A stretch of DNA of 64,000 bases from contig JAYFMW010000030.1 of assembly GCA_042408215.1 (NCBI GenBank), positions 576,001 to 640,000 on the forward strand, in the 5' to 3' direction. Below the pieces are notes generated by a model. It had not been told where the DNA came from, searched no databases, and saw only the letters and a list, made by a program, of their open reading frames with translations. This DNA is from Microcoleus sp. GTDB lineage: Bacteria > Cyanobacteriota > Cyanobacteriia > Cyanobacteriales > Microcoleaceae. The translations under genes and the position numbers were made by a program. This document shows, piece after piece, positions 20,182 to 30,905 of the stretch. How positions within the stretch are numbered: the first letter of the stretch is position 1; every line of letters starts with the position of its first letter.

Positions 20182-21628
20182 AAGAAATACCCTGAAAACC
20201 CTGCGACTTGAGTCCAGGGATGAAAGGGCGAGGGAGACTTTAGTCTCCCAATTAGATACTTCTAAATATAGTACAATTAATCAAAGGAGGTGAAATTAAT
20301 GTACGCAGTGCAAAAAGATGTATGGCATTTAAAAGGACTTGACAAAACCATTGTTGAACAACTGTTGAGATGGTCAAACAATCTGTTTAATGTCGGAACT
20401 TACGAAAGTCGGCAACGGTACTTCAAAGACCAAGGCGCAATTAAATACCCAGACCTGTACAAAATTGCCAAAACCAACGAAAATTACGGATTGCTTTACT
20501 CGCAAGTGGCTCAACAATCCCTCAAATCTGTTGCTGAATCCTTTAGCTCTTTCCGAGCCTTAGAAAGGTTAGCCAAGAAAGGAGAACTTAATCAAAAACC
20601 GAGATTGCCCAAGTACAGAACCAAGGGAGCAATGTACCAGGTGACCTACCCTGGGCAAGCCTTGAAAATAGTCGGTAATCGGGTGAGACTACCTTTAGGA
20701 ACCAAAGGGAAAGAACACTTTGGGACAGATGCTCTCTGGGTGACTTTACCGGAAAGACTGAAGAATTGCCAGATTAAAGAACTTCGAATAATCCCTAGAA
20801 ATGGCAAGGTTTGGGTCGAATTTGTCCACGAAAGTCTAACCAAACAAGCCCCTAGCTGTAGCTGGGAAGTAACGGGAATTTTAGGTATTGATCATGGCAT
20901 CAATAACTGGCTAACTTGTGTTTCTAGTAATGGTAAACCATTTATTATTGATGGTCACAAATTAAAGTCTTGGAACCAAGGGTTTAACAAGGAAAAAGCC
21001 CGGATTCAATCAGAACACGCACGGTATAAATTACCCAAAGGTTTTTCGTCGAAAAGACTGCAACAGTTGTCAGAAAAACGCGCCAGAAGGATGAGAGATG
21101 CTGTTAACAAAGCAGTCAGAACCATCATTGATTATTGCGAAAATCATCAAATTAACTTCTTAGTCTTTGGTTGGAATAAAGGACAGAAGCAAGAAGTCAA
21201 TATGGGAGGTAAGACCAACCAGAACTTTGTCCAAATACCGACAGCTAAAGTTAAAGATAGACTCATGCAAGAGTGTGACTTAAGGGGTTGGCGATTTGTA
21301 GAGCAAGACGAATCTTACACCTCAAAATCAAGTTTTTTAGACCGAGATTTGTTGCCAGTGAAAGTCGGTGAAAAACCTGACAATTGGCAATCATCAGGTA
21401 AAAGAATTAAACGAGGTTTGTACCGTTCGGCTCAGGGATTAACTCTGAATGCCGATGTTAACGGTGCAGCAAACATCATCCGAAAATCAAAAGTAGCCAT
21501 AGACTCAGTTATTGAGCGAGTGGGTAGCGGGTTACTGACTAACCCTTTAAGAATTAAACTTTGGGCGGATTCATCCCCCCAAAGTTTGTCCTTAAGAATC
21601 CCCGTGTCTTCAGACCGGGGAGTGTCAA
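20182..21628 (+). mobile_element. IS200/IS605 (IS1341-like, tnpB-only) element
   Basis: Inserted 3' of TTAT (20178-20181); ends in the hairpin ...GACCGGGGAGTGTCAA; both ends shared with 38548..40095. Confidence 0.9.
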
Positions 21629-21645
21629 TTCTCTCTCTTCTCTAA
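20290..21645 (+). CDS. tnpB: RNA-guided endonuclease TnpB
   Basis: GIDHG, ESYTSK, LNADVNGAANIIRK; an extra C at about 21575-21580 makes it read through the right end. Confidence 0.9.
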   Translation: MKLMYAVQKDVWHLKGLDKTIVEQLLRWSNNLFNVGTYESRQRYFKDQGAIKYPDLYKIAKTNENYGLLYSQVAQQSLKSVAESFSSFRALERLAKKGELNQKPRLPKYRTKGAMYQVTYPGQALKIVGNRVRLPLGTKGKEHFGTDALWVTLPERLKNCQIKELRIIPRNGKVWVEFVHESLTKQAPSCSWEVTGILGIDHGINNWLTCVSSNGKPFIIDGHKLKSWNQGFNKEKARIQSEHARYKLPKGFSSKRLQQLSEKRARRMRDAVNKAVRTIIDYCENHQINFLVFGWNKGQKQEVNMGGKTNQNFVQIPTAKVKDRLMQECDLRGWRFVEQDESYTSKSSFLDRDLLPVKVGEKPDNWQSSGKRIKRGLYRSAQGLTLNADVNGAANIIRKSKVAIDSVIERVGSGLLTNPLRIKLWADSSPQSLSLRIPVSSDRGVSILSLL

Positions 21646-21746
21646 CTCTGCGTCCTCTGCGTCCTCTGCGGTTCAATCATTCCGATACAACCGGAAACGA
21701 TAGGATTCCCAATTCTTTAATCGCCCATCGAAAATCGCAAATGGTA

Positions 21747-22448
21747 TTACCTCCTAGCGATCGCAATACCCTGCCTAAAATGAACGATCGTCGCAATTAC
21801 AGCAATAGAAAAGTAAAATATTCTAATCAGCCAAAAACAAATGAGCATCGACCAAGAAACAATAGTCGGAGCTAGCCCTGTCAACTGCACGAATCTGGAG
21901 TTAACTTTTTTTTCAAAGCGATCGAGGTCTTTCATCTCAGATTGATTCGTAGGAATCACCGGAAACTGACCGGTATAGAAGTAATAGCCAAGAAAACCCT
22001 GCATTCCTACCTGTTTTTTCAAAAATGAGTCAGTTAATGTTGTAGTTTCAGCCGGCGATAATTTGTCCAATTCTTCTACTTTTTCCAGCCAATGATTATA
22101 TCTAATAATCGGCGTACTCATAAAAACCAAGGGAACGATCGCTATCAACAAAATAGCACTAACTTGGCGACCGTATTGAGGCTTTAAAAGTCTGGTAGCC
22201 AAACCAAATCCCATACCAATAAAAGCAAAGATTAAGATATTTAATAATTCAATAATTTCGATGCCTCTCAACAAATCGCCCAGAATTAAAATTGTATATA
22301 ATATTTTGTCTGCCAACATCAGGGCGACAAATTTGATCAGGACTGAAATGCCCACAATCATCGCTGCACTCGCTACATAGCCGATGCCACCTAACAGGTA
22401 CAATAAAAGCGAACGAACTTGTTTGAATGACTGCTGCATATTATTCAC
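21747..22448 (-). CDS. Multi-pass membrane protein, hypothetical
   Basis: Four hydrophobic segments; abuts tlyA. Confidence 0.7.
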   Translation of the reverse strand: MNNMQQSFKQVRSLLLYLLGGIGYVASAAMIVGISVLIKFVALMLADKILYTILILGDLLRGIEIIELLNILIFAFIGMGFGLATRLLKPQYGRQVSAILLIAIVPLVFMSTPIIRYNHWLEKVEELDKLSPAETTTLTDSFLKKQVGMQGFLGYYFYTGQFPVIPTNQSEMKDLDRFEKKVNSRFVQLTGLAPTIVSWSMLICFWLIRIFYFSIAVIATIVHFRQGIAIARR

Positions 22449-22452
22449 TAAC

Positions 22453-23304
22453 TCAAAGGTGAGAAGCAGGATCGATCAGTCCCCGCCTGGCCGCCTGTGT
22501 GACTTGTGCGATCCGTTCTTTCATCACACTCTCTTCCACAGCATTTTGCTCCGACTGCTGTTGTCGATCGCTCCCTAACCATAAAAGATACTCGATATTG
22601 CCAGCCGGGCCAAGTAAAGGCGACCAAGTTAAGCCCCGTTCTTCCCATCCTAAAGCAATGGCTGCTTTCCACACTTGGAAAATCGCATCGGCTTGGGTGG
22701 CTGAGTCTCGCACTACGCCTTTTTTCCCGACGCGATCGCGCCCAACCTCAAACTGCGGCTTTACCAGCAACACCACTTCTCGCGGTGGCGCCAACAACTC
22801 CCACAGCGCCGGTAAAATCTTATCCAGGGAAATAAACGACACATCTACTACCGCCAAATCTGCTAGGGTCGAGTCGCCATAAAGCTCAGCAGCCGTCATA
22901 TACCGCAAATTGGTGCGTTCTTTCAAAATTACCCTCGGATCGTTCCTCAAGCCCCAATCAGCTTGACCGTAGCCAACATCTATCCCATAGACTTTCGCTG
23001 CACCGGCTTGCAGCAAACAGTCGGTAAAACCGCCTGTGGAAATGCCACCATCGAGACAAATTCTCTCTGTAATGGAAATGGCAAAAACTTCTAAAGCTTT
23101 AGCTAATTTTTCGCCGCCTCTAGAAACGTAGCGCGATCGCTCTTTAATCTGAATGTTTGCCGCCATGTCAACCTCAGTGCCCGGTTTGTCAACTAGCTGC
23201 TGGTTGACTGTGACTTTCCCAGTCCGAATCAAAGCTTGAGCTTGTTGTCTAGAAGTACACAAATCTAGGTTGACCAATAAAGTATCTAGTCGCTGTTTAG
23301 CCAA
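22453..23304 (-). CDS. tlyA: TlyA family rRNA 2'-O-methyltransferase
   Basis: KQRLD S4 domain, YVSRGGEKL, STGGFTDCLLQ, VKPQFE, GNIEYL; TTG start inferred. Confidence 0.93.
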   Translation of the reverse strand: MAKQRLDTLLVNLDLCTSRQQAQALIRTGKVTVNQQLVDKPGTEVDMAANIQIKERSRYVSRGGEKLAKALEVFAISITERICLDGGISTGGFTDCLLQAGAAKVYGIDVGYGQADWGLRNDPRVILKERTNLRYMTAAELYGDSTLADLAVVDVSFISLDKILPALWELLAPPREVVLLVKPQFEVGRDRVGKKGVVRDSATQADAIFQVWKAAIALGWEERGLTWSPLLGPAGNIEYLLWLGSDRQQQSEQNAVEESVMKERIAQVTQAARRGLIDPASHL

Positions 23305-23571
23305 GGTTTTTAATCTGTACCGATCGAGTAAAGGACAGTACCAGATTAGCACTTACGATCGCAAGTCCCCGGAACGCGGTCGTGGGAGCAATCTCAAATC
23401 TCAAATCCGATGATGGGCGATCGGCCTCACCCCGGTTTATGTGAGTTCTCTCACTGGATTTGTTGAGTTTTATCACAAAAAGACCTTCCTCTCATCACAC
23501 CAAAACTTGCGGGACTAGCAGATGATGTAGAACAGGTCAAAGCACGACAAATAAAATACTAACAATCGGCC

Positions 23572-23769
23572 ATGAAAAACTATAACTTTCCCATCAGAAA
23601 TCCCGACCATTATCCAGAACATCCGATCGCCATCGTCAGCCGCGACATCATCCACATTCTCTACCCCAACGGCCAAGTAGAAGCCGCCACAGTCGATCAA
23701 ATTGATTTCCTCAAAACTAAAACTTCCCTTGACAAATGCCTCGTTTGGGGATATGTAGACGTTCTTTAA
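23572..23769 (+). CDS. Small hypothetical protein
   Basis: 65-aa ATG ORF filling an intergenic gap, followed by a hairpin. Confidence 0.45.
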   Translation: MKNYNFPIRNPDHYPEHPIAIVSRDIIHILYPNGQVEAATVDQIDFLKTKTSLDKCLVWGYVDVL

Positions 23770-23959
23770 CAAATAAAAAAGACCGCTTCTTTGCGCTCGA
23801 TGCCCAAAAAAGCGATCCCTTAACTCAAATTGCTAGTTATCCAATCAAAATTGACAAAAATTAACAATCGACGATTCAGGGTGGCAAATAGGAAATAGCA
23901 ACCACCAATCACCAATCACCAATTACCAGTTACCAATCACCAACAACTAGCAAATTGAC

Positions 23960-24469
23960 TTAAATATCTTGTTCGCTCAATTCGCGAATCATGTAATCAA
24001 AAGGCTGTTCCAGAAAAGGCCCCACAGACAAGCCAGCAGCTTCCACTTGAGCCTTAACCATCTCCTTCATAATACTAATCCCCATCACCGTCGGGCCAAT
24101 GGGTACACCCAGAGAATTGTAAGTTTCCCGCAAACCTTGCAGCACCCGCTCATCAAGCACATCTGTACTTCCAGCCACCAGGGCGTAAGTAGCATAGCGC
24201 AAGTAATAGTCCATATCCCGCAGACAAGCCGCGTAACGACGAGTCGTGTAGGCATTTCCACCAGGACGGATCAGTTCTGGCTGTTCAGCGAATAGCTGAA
24301 TACCAGCTTGCTTGACAATTGCCGCAGCATTGCTATTAATTGCAGCAGCAGCAAGTACCCGTGCTGTACCCGTTGCAAAATAAGATTTCAACCGATCGAT
24401 ACCATCCCGGTCTAAATACTTACCAGCAACATCATAATTTTCAATCAGACTCGTCACTGCATCCCGCAT
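23960..24469 (-). CDS. apcF: Allophycocyanin beta-18 subunit
   Basis: MRDAVTSLIENYDVAGKYLDR, 169 aa, ACLRDMDYYLRYA; divergent from glnA as is usual. Confidence 0.95.
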   Translation of the reverse strand: MRDAVTSLIENYDVAGKYLDRDGIDRLKSYFATGTARVLAAAAINSNAAAIVKQAGIQLFAEQPELIRPGGNAYTTRRYAACLRDMDYYLRYATYALVAGSTDVLDERVLQGLRETYNSLGVPIGPTVMGISIMKEMVKAQVEAAGLSVGPFLEQPFDYMIRELSEQDI

Positions 24470-24701
24470 AAGTTTCTCTCCCAAAAATCTTTATCAATAC
24501 TTTGCTATCTGAGACAGACCGCCTATTGTAGACTACTACAAATCGGCATTTGATTAAGATTTGAGATGAGATCTTCACTCCAGGTAGTCAATCCCGGCAG
24601 AATCACCAAAATTCTGCCCAATACTTGTATCTTCAGCCGAAAAATCCACAGAACAAGACTAGCGAACTGTTCGGCCACCCTCATGCCCCTTGGCAAATTT
24701 T

Positions 24702-24743
24702 GTATCGAGAGATACAATAATCTAGGTACTGAATGCCTATCAT
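24702..24743 (+). promoter_or_regulatory. NtcA-activated promoter of glnA
   Basis: GTA-TCGAGAGA-TAC (24702-24715), exactly 22 nt, then TATCAT (TAN3T). Confidence 0.9.
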
Positions 24744-24823
24744 CGCCGAAATAGTCTGAAATCTGCCGTTAGCGAAGCCCTCGAAGAGGATCGCCCAGAC
24801 CAAACCAATATCAGGAGTAAGTC

Positions 24824-26245
24824 ATGTTCCAGACACCCCAAGAAGCCTTAAACTACATAAAAGAAAATAAAATCCAGATCGTTGACCTCAAATTCATTGA
24901 TATGCCGGGGATCTGGCAACACCTATCCCTGTTCCACGACCAAATCGACGAAACCGCATTCACAGACGGCGTACCCTTCGACGGTTCCAGCATACGGGGC
25001 TGGAAAGCCATCAACGAATCAGACATGACAATGGTCATCGATCCTACCACCGCTTGGATCGACCCCTTCATGGCAGAACCCACCCTCAGCTTCATTTGCA
25101 GCATCAAAGAACCCCGCACAGGCGAACCCTACGGCCGCTGTCCCCGCACCATAGCCCAAAAAGCCGTAGACTACTTAGTTACCACCGGTCTCGGCGATAC
25201 CGCATTCTTTGGCCCGGAAGCAGAATTCTTCATTTTTGACGACGTTCGCTACGACCAAACCCAAAACAGTGGCTATTATTATGTAGACTCAATAGAAGGA
25301 CGTTGGAATTCCGGCAAAGAAGAACCAGGCGGCAACCTCGGCTACAAACCTCGCTACAAAGAAGGTTATTTCCCCGTTGCACCAACCGATACCTCTCAAG
25401 ACATGAGAACGGAAATGCTGCTGACAATGGCAAAATGCGGCGTACCCATTGAAAAGCACCACCACGAAGTCGCCACCGGCGGCCAGTGCGAACTCGGCTT
25501 CCGCTTTGACACTTTAGTCAAAGCCGCTGACTATTTGCTGACTTACAAATATGTCATCAAAAACGTCGGCAAAAAATACGGCAAAACCATAACTTTTATG
25601 CCCAAACCCTTGTTTAACGACAACGGTTCCGGGATGCACGTTCACCAGTCAATTTGGAAAGACGGTCAACCCCTATTTGCTGGCGATCGATATGCTGGTT
25701 TCAGTCAAATGGGACTGCATTACATCGGCGGTATTCTCAAGCACGCACCAGCACTTTTGGCACTCACCAATCCCACAACTAATTCCTATAAACGGTTGGT
25801 TCCGGGTTTTGAAGCGCCTGTAAACTTAGCTTACTCTCAAGGAAATCGATCGGCCTCAGTACGGATTCCCTTGTCGGGAACCAACCCCAAAGCTAAACGC
25901 TTAGAATTCCGCTGTCCCGATGCCAGTTCTAACCCCTATCTAGCCTTTGCAGCCATGCTGTGCGCGGGCCTAGACGGCATCAAGAATCAAATCGATCCCG
26001 GTGAACCTTTGGATGTGGATATCTACGACCTTTCCCCTGAAGAATTGAGCAAAATTCCTTCGACTCCCGGTTCCTTGGAAGGTGCTTTGGAAGCTTTGGA
26101 ACAAGACCACGGTTTCTTGACTGAAACTGGCGTATTTACCGAAGACTTCATCAAAACTTGGATTTCCTACAAACTCGACAATGAAGTCAACCCGATGCGG
26201 TTACGTCCTCACCCCTACGAGTTTGCTTTGTACTACGATTGTTAG
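24824..26245 (+). CDS. glnA: Glutamine synthetase type I
   Basis: [31 protein letters not shown]. Confidence 0.98.
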   Translation: MFQTPQEALNYIKENKIQIVDLKFIDMPGIWQHLSLFHDQIDETAFTDGVPFDGSSIRGWKAINESDMTMVIDPTTAWIDPFMAEPTLSFICSIKEPRTGEPYGRCPRTIAQKAVDYLVTTGLGDTAFFGPEAEFFIFDDVRYDQTQNSGYYYVDSIEGRWNSGKEEPGGNLGYKPRYKEGYFPVAPTDTSQDMRTEMLLTMAKCGVPIEKHHHEVATGGQCELGFRFDTLVKAADYLLTYKYVIKNVGKKYGKTITFMPKPLFNDNGSGMHVHQSIWKDGQPLFAGDRYAGFSQMGLHYIGGILKHAPALLALTNPTTNSYKRLVPGFEAPVNLAYSQGNRSASVRIPLSGTNPKAKRLEFRCPDASSNPYLAFAAMLCAGLDGIKNQIDPGEPLDVDIYDLSPEELSKIPSTPGSLEGALEALEQDHGFLTETGVFTEDFIKTWISYKLDNEVNPMRLRPHPYEFALYYDC

Positions 26246-26315
26246 ATAAGTTAATAATTAAAAATTAAAAGTTAAAAATGGTAATTATACCATTTTTAAC
26301 CGAGGATTTTTAATT

Positions 26316-26351
26316 AAAAAGAACGCCGCCCTTAAAAGCGGCTTCTTTTTG
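26316..26351. terminator. Probable bidirectional intrinsic terminator
   Basis: AAAAAGAACGCCGC-CCTTAAAA-GCGGCTTCTTTTT between convergent genes. Confidence 0.6.
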
Positions 26352-26354
26352 AGT

Positions 26355-26849
26355 TTAGAACTGCTGGATCGGGGCCCAGACTCTCCCGTTACCCGACACT
26401 ATCTGGGCAACGCTGTGAGTAGTAGGGCCCATTGTAGCCTCAGAGACATCCTCTACAGCCCATTTATTTGCTTTCTCATCAACAATAAACAAATCGTTAG
26501 CGGTAGTGCCTTCTTGAATTCGATATATTTTATTGAGAATAAAACGCTGGTTAGCCTCGGCTTTTGGTATGCCCGTAACTTCATCAGGATCGATGGAAAT
26601 GGCACTGCCTTCTTTTAATGTGCCTTTGGAATTGCTCAAATTTGGCTGTGTCTTTCCTGCTACTTGCGGGTGGCCGGGCCGCTCCCTCGGTACAGGATAT
26701 GATAAATTAGAGACACTAGCGATCGCCCCATATGCTTGCCAACCAAGAAGTGTAGCACTAGCCGTCAAAATCACCCAAGTTTTCCAATAATTCACAGCAA
26801 TTAAACTCCTAAACAGATGATTCCCAGCATCAGAAATAGAACCGTTCAA
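26355..26849 (-). CDS. Hypothetical exported protein
   Basis: 164-aa ORF with a hydrophobic N-terminal segment; start uncertain. Confidence 0.55.
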   Translation of the reverse strand: MNGSISDAGNHLFRSLIAVNYWKTWVILTASATLLGWQAYGAIASVSNLSYPVPRERPGHPQVAGKTQPNLSNSKGTLKEGSAISIDPDEVTGIPKAEANQRFILNKIYRIQEGTTANDLFIVDEKANKWAVEDVSEATMGPTTHSVAQIVSGNGRVWAPIQQF

Positions 26850-27303
26850 ACCTTTTTTTCTTTGAAGAGTGAACTGGTTTTATTCTAAACTAAAAACTTA
26901 CTTGATTCAAGAATTGTCGCAATTCTTAATTTGTCAATGATTGAAATATTTACCGACCTACTTGAATTAAAGCCATCCGAAAAGGCGATGTGCTGAGCCC
27001 TTCGGCGCAGTTTACCCGCGAGCGTCGCGGCGCACGCTCCCCCTTCGGCTACGCTCAGGATAAACTCCGTCGAAGTCTCGAAGGGCTCAGGATAAACTGC
27101 ATCGAAGTAACGGGGTTTTAAACCCATTTTTCTGATCGTAAACATCTCCAAAAAAGCCTGTGCAAAACAGGACGGCGGTGGCCGAGCCCGAAATCGAAGG
27201 GATGCCTGTTTTACCAACCAACTTCTACCTGGCGAGTGAATTAGGAATCCCAAAAACTGCGTTACAATCCTAAAGGTATCTTTACAAAAAAAAACATAAA
27301 ACA

Positions 27304-28209
27304 ATGACCGTAGCCTATCCCCGCAAGCTTCGCAATGGCATGGGAGCCCGTGAAATTTTAGCTCAAGTCGTGGGCGATCGCGAAATTCACCCGATCGCCC
27401 TCAACCGCTACCGCTTTAGCGAACAGCGCAGTTGCAAAGACCTCACCGACTTGATCGAACAGCTAGACGGGGAACCAGCCGAACTCGTCCGCGACCTCTC
27501 CCGGCACATTGCTGATGAAGCGCGACACGCCATGTGGCTGACTGACTTGCTGGTAGATATCGGCTGTGACATTGGTAAGCCGCCGGGAGTATCCTACATC
27601 GACGAGTTTGAAAGACTCCTCGACAGCGACCAAAAAGACCCCGCCAAAGACCGGGAAGACTTTGTAATTTCTTCCCTAGCCGCAATTAACGTCACCGAAA
27701 AGCGGGGCTGCGAATACTTCTCAGCGCACATCCACGCCCTGAAAAACGCTCCGCAAACTGATGAAAACGTCAAAATCCGCGAAACTATCGAAAAGATCTT
27801 TCCCGAAGAAGCAGGCCACGTCCGCTGGGGGAATCGCTGGCTGGGAAAAATAGCGGCCGAAAGCCCCGCCCACGCACAGAAAGTAGAACAGGCTAAGCGG
27901 AAGTATGTGGCGATCGAACAAGCTGCATTTGCATCGGGAATGGATATCATGCTGGGGGCGGAACTGCGCCGTGTCACTCGCTTGGTGGATATTGCTAACA
28001 CGATGCCTATGTGGGAACGGCCCCAATACTTGATGGAACGGTTGGCTGGAACTTTGCTGGCCCCGGATTTGCAAATGACTAGAGTTAATGTGGCTCAGCG
28101 GGCCTGGAACCGTGACCCCCAGGCATTTGTGGAGAAGTTTGTGCCGATGTTTCTCAATGGGCTCAATAACAACCAGAAGAAGCCGGCGGCGACTAAGCCT
28201 AGGGCTTGA
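27304..28209 (+). CDS. Ferritin-like diiron-domain protein
   Basis: Paired DEARH and EEAGH motifs. Confidence 0.85.
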   Translation: MTVAYPRKLRNGMGAREILAQVVGDREIHPIALNRYRFSEQRSCKDLTDLIEQLDGEPAELVRDLSRHIADEARHAMWLTDLLVDIGCDIGKPPGVSYIDEFERLLDSDQKDPAKDREDFVISSLAAINVTEKRGCEYFSAHIHALKNAPQTDENVKIRETIEKIFPEEAGHVRWGNRWLGKIAAESPAHAQKVEQAKRKYVAIEQAAFASGMDIMLGAELRRVTRLVDIANTMPMWERPQYLMERLAGTLLAPDLQMTRVNVAQRAWNRDPQAFVEKFVPMFLNGLNNNQKKPAATKPRA

Positions 28210-28218
28210 AAATAAGTC

Positions 28219-28420
28219 CGGCAGGGGTTGAAATCAGTAAACGGCAGGGGTTGAAATCAGTAAACGGCAGGGGTTGAAATCAGTAAACGGCAGGGGTTGA
28301 AATCAGTAAACGGCAGGGGTTGAAATCAGGAAACGGCAAGGGTTGAAATCAGGAAACGGCAGTGCCGTTTCCCTACCTGATTATTTTGGGGTAGGGAAAC
28401 GGCACTGCCGTCTCCTCCGT
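28219..28420. repeat. 23-bp tandem repeat (x6) merging into two GTAG-type REP hairpins
   Basis: CGGCAGGGGTTGAAATCAGTAAA at 23-bp period, then GGAAACGGCAGTGCCGTTTCCCTAC and its inverse. Confidence 0.9.
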
Positions 28421-28505
28421 TCTACTGGTTCCCAGGTAGAGTCGGGGAACCAGGAACCAGTTAAGGTAAAATGATGATTGGAATAGTTTCCATCTAATTA
28501 CAACC

Positions 28506-29009
28506 ATGACTACCAGCGAACCCAACCAAGAAACAGTTTCCACTGAAAGCCTCTCAAGTGAAAGTGCGATCGCCTCTGAGCAGGTCGAAACAGCCACAGC
28601 AGTCAGTTATACAGAAGAAATTGAAACTGTCATCGCCAGCATGGCTGTAGACCAAAAAGTCATGGTCGGTCAAAATGAAGCTGGCGGACATCTTTGGAAA
28701 TTCAAGTACGGTAGTGTCGAAGTGTTGGTGCAACTCACGGGCGAAACGGAAGATGATACTTTGACTGTATGGGCTTTTGTGCTTCAGTTGCCGGCTAAGA
28801 ATGAAGCTCAGTTAATGCGGAAACTTCTGGAAATGAATTGGCTGTCTACTTTGGAATCTCATTTTGCGATCGTTGATAATCAAGTTGCAGTAATTTCTAC
28901 TCGGACGATCGCCGAAATCTCGACTGGGGAAATTTCTCGCGCTATTACTATTGTCGCGACTATCGCCGATGACAATGACGATCTTCTGCAAGCTGAATTT
29001 GGACTGTAG
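28506..29009 (+). CDS. YbjN-domain protein
   Basis: WKFKYGSVEV, LLEMNW, TIADDND. Confidence 0.8.
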   Translation: MTTSEPNQETVSTESLSSESAIASEQVETATAVSYTEEIETVIASMAVDQKVMVGQNEAGGHLWKFKYGSVEVLVQLTGETEDDTLTVWAFVLQLPAKNEAQLMRKLLEMNWLSTLESHFAIVDNQVAVISTRTIAEISTGEISRAITIVATIADDNDDLLQAEFGL

Positions 29010-29100
29010 GGTGCGCGACTTTTAGGCGATAGACATTCCGCTAAATTATTGGCAGTTGTGCACCTGAAACTTAAGTAAGGTGCGCTACTCTTAGGTCTAT

Positions 29101-29583
29101 TTATTTAAACAGAAATGGTTTGATACAGGTCGCCATACGATCTAGTTCTGGTTTGTTGTGTTTGAGAAGATTATGTCCCCATAACTTACTTGTGTTGTCT
29201 GAACAATCTTTGGCAAGAGCTTCACCAATCTCCTCAAAAGTCTTTTTGCTCTCTCTTTTTAGATGCTCTGGTTCAGATAGCACTCCCAGCACGAATACTC
29301 TTGCTTTTAGGTCATCTGGAATATGACTTTCTACATAACTCAACCGATTTTCATCATCATCAAAATCAATAAACAAAACAATCCTTCTGTGTGAGTATTT
29401 TCGCATTTCAGGGGCATGATCGTCCGTGAAGGACTTAACAACGTTTTTCCAACCACGAAGAGGTGGCAGGACTTGAATAGCACGGTCATTAAGATTTGGA
29501 TGGAGAACAAATCCGTTTGCAATGTGGATATTAGCCTCGTCTTCGGGCAACACCAGAATGTGCGGTTTATACTTATTACTCAT
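29101..29583 (-). CDS. TOPRIM-like small protein partnered with the ABC ATPase
   Basis: ILVLPED and LFIDFD acidic motifs; 4-nt ATGA overlap with the upstream ATPase. Confidence 0.65.
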   Translation of the reverse strand: MSNKYKPHILVLPEDEANIHIANGFVLHPNLNDRAIQVLPPLRGWKNVVKSFTDDHAPEMRKYSHRRIVLFIDFDDDENRLSYVESHIPDDLKARVFVLGVLSEPEHLKRESKKTFEEIGEALAKDCSDNTSKLWGHNLLKHNKPELDRMATCIKPFLFK

Positions 29584-30689
29584 AGCTCTATATCGCCACG
29601 AATTAAAGTATTTACAAGATCGCCTCTAACAGGTAGATCGCTGAGCAATCTGACCAAAGTTGGCTCTAAGTGGCTTTTTCGATCTAATACAAAGATATTT
29701 TCATTTGAAAACTTGCGGATTGCTTCCTCATTATGCGAGGTCACTAAAATTTGACCACTATTTTTAAATGAGCGTCGCAGAGACATGACAAAATGTCCAA
29801 CCTCCGATAAGGATAGATAGTTATCAGGCTCATCCCAGAAGCAAAAAAGTGGGCCATAGGATTTGTTGGCAGCCAAGACGACAGCGCAAAGAAAAAAGCA
29901 TTTCTCACCGTCTGATAAGTCTTTAAAGTAAACACTCAGATTCGCATTATTTTCTTCAAACCGAACAATCATGCTTTTGAAGTCTTTGCCGATGAGTTCA
30001 TTCAGAAAATCCTTAATGTCAGGCATAACTTCTCGGAGATATTGGTCTACCTGTGTGTAGGCGGCAGGATAGCGACTGAGTAACCCAGAAAACCACTCCC
30101 CAAAGTTTGAACCATCTCGCTTTGGCTCTAAAGTTTCGCCGCTGGAGTCTCCAGTCATCAAGCTGGGAATCGGGGCTAAAATGATTATGCGAGCAAGCCA
30201 AATCTTAAAAATATGAAGCGGATCAGTCTCAGATTGCTCCTGAATTACTGGAAGGGCAACAAGATGCCAATCCACCAGAAACTGAGCTTCACGATTTTGC
30301 GAGCTGGTGTGAAGAGTGACTTGGGCTTCTTTTCGAGAGTAAATTGGATCTCCTGCAACTAGCAGTTGCTCTTCAAAAACTCGAAGCTCTCTAAATTTTT
30401 CTGGCAACTCCAAGGCAAGGACATATTTGTATAATTTATCCTCCAGTAATACTTCTATTTCAAACCGGATCGGGACATCAGACCTTCCACGAGCGAAATC
30501 TTTCGACCCGACGAGTTGTCCAACTCTATTTATTCCTCGACCGATGCGCTGAAGTACCTCTAATGCAATGGCGATAGTTGATTTACCTGCACCGTTTTTT
30601 CCAATCAAAAGAGCGGATGGCGTCCCCTGTATGTTCAGTTCAAAATTTTCTAGGCATCTGAAGTTGTTTATATATAGTCTTTGGATCAT
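29580..30689 (-). CDS. AAA_21/SMC-like ABC ATPase
   Basis: INNFRCL, GKNGAGKS, LSDGEK, WDEPDNYL, TSHN; no TM segments. Confidence 0.88.
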   Translation of the reverse strand: MIQRLYINNFRCLENFELNIQGTPSALLIGKNGAGKSTIAIALEVLQRIGRGINRVGQLVGSKDFARGRSDVPIRFEIEVLLEDKLYKYVLALELPEKFRELRVFEEQLLVAGDPIYSRKEAQVTLHTSSQNREAQFLVDWHLVALPVIQEQSETDPLHIFKIWLARIIILAPIPSLMTGDSSGETLEPKRDGSNFGEWFSGLLSRYPAAYTQVDQYLREVMPDIKDFLNELIGKDFKSMIVRFEENNANLSVYFKDLSDGEKCFFLCAVVLAANKSYGPLFCFWDEPDNYLSLSEVGHFVMSLRRSFKNSGQILVTSHNEEAIRKFSNENIFVLDRKSHLEPTLVRLLSDLPVRGDLVNTLIRGDIEL

Positions 30690-30905
30690 AGCAAAACGAC
30701 TCCAAGGAGTGGGAAGTGAAAAAACTTTTTGAACTTTTTGATCTGCTTAATTAGGGAATAGGCACTGCCATAAACTTCCAAAAAGTTCGGGTGCTTTTCT
30801 GAGCTAGAGACGGATTAGTTGGCGAACTATTAATCCCTGCCGCCGACATTTACCTCCAACTCGTCAAAAAACACCACTTCCCCAAATCTACTCCAAACTC
30901 CAAAC

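Noticed and set aside
28219..28360. Possible CRISPR array (GTTGAAAT-containing repeats)
   Set aside because: The 23-bp units are contiguous with no unique spacers, and no cas genes are present.
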